From NCBI RefSeq assembly GCF_018350175.1, contig NC_058368.1, positions 38,814,001-38,878,000 of the forward strand: a stretch of DNA of 64,000 bases, given 5' to 3'. The notes under the pieces were generated by a model. The model saw only the letters and a program-made list of their open reading frames with translations. It was not told the origin of the DNA and made no database searches. The stretch comes from Felis catus. Its lineage: Eukaryota. Position 1 is the first letter of the stretch; every line of letters begins with the position of its first letter. This document shows, piece after piece, positions 63,271 through 64,000 of the stretch. The position numbers were made by a program, and so were the translations under genes.

Positions 63271-63562
63271 ACAGTTTTTACTGAACCTCCTTGACTGCAT
63301 TATTTATATGTTTGCTATTTAATTTCTAAATATTTTCAGATTTTCCTGCATATCTTCCTGATTTTGAATTTAAATTCATCTTGAGAGAATATACATTATA
63401 TGATTGTCTCTTCTGAAATTTATTAACAGTTCTTTTATGGATTGTGACATGGCTTCTCTTAATGACTAGCCCTTGTGTCTTTGAGAAGACTGTATTTTGA
63501 TGTTATTGGATATATTTTTTAAACAAATCTCTGGTAGATTATGATATACTGGTCTGAAACCA
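63271..63562 (-). repeat. Long inverted repeat, right arm
   Basis: Reverse complement of 60693-60989. Confidence 0.95.
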
Positions 63563-64000
63563 TATTTAGGATGTAAGATAAGATATGGAGAAGAAAGTAA
63601 TGGCATAGAGAATGATATGGCTATGAGTACTATTTTAGAAATGGCTGACACAAAGGACCTTTGCTATAATTATCACTCAGGGATCTGAATTAAGCAACAT
63701 AAAAAAGCCATGTGATTATCCAAATGAATGAATGTAAGAAAGTTACTTGTAACAAATATATTTAAACAGGACACTTAATAAAACAGTTACATTAACAAAT
63801 TTTAGAAAAAAATTCTCAGAAGTATATGAACACAATTTTCATGGATACAATTATCTGAGAAATATATGCTAGACAGGAGTCTTGCAGGACAGAAATATAA
63901 GCAAAGACAGAGGCAAAAGATCACACATTATTTTAGGAAAAATATATAGCAAAATGGTTCTGGACACCCACGTTGGAGGAGGAGTTAAAGAATCAATATT

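Noticed and set aside
62526..63567. 14-bp inverted match aaatatggtttcag (62526-62539) with 63554-63567
   Set aside because: Matches of this length are expected by chance in 64 kb of AT-rich DNA.

Overview
AT-rich, CpG-poor, non-coding mammalian DNA from a felid, judged from about 26 carnivore tRNA-derived CanSINEs (several of the young cat SINEC_Fc type) and a cat-type L1 3' UTR. No intact protein-coding gene, RNA gene or CRISPR array is visible. Nearly all recognisable ORFs in the track are decayed L1 ORF1/ORF2, ERVL gag/pol or SINE read-throughs. The window is a layered transposon record: a near full-length ancient ERVL provirus with both LTRs and a TSD (33130-43502, carrying a nested L1 and a SINE dimer), two more class III ERV remnants, MaLR and ERV1 solo LTRs, many L1/L2/MIR fragments and MER44/MER58 DNA transposons. 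Most unusual structures: (1) a ~290 bp inverted duplication of ancient L1 sequence with near-perfect blocks around a 2.3 kb spacer (60693-63562); (2) a ~1 kb polyadenylated, apparently retrocopied RNA fragment holding older repeats inside a younger L1 (21461-22507); (3) a SINE-SINE dimer and a SINE-L1 fusion, each under a single TSD; (4) a zero-spacer tail-to-tail SINE pair. I see no evidence for a new protein-coding system. Repeat family names come from recalled Repbase/Dfam-type consensus motifs and need RepeatMasker confirmation. Boundaries of old elements are approximate.
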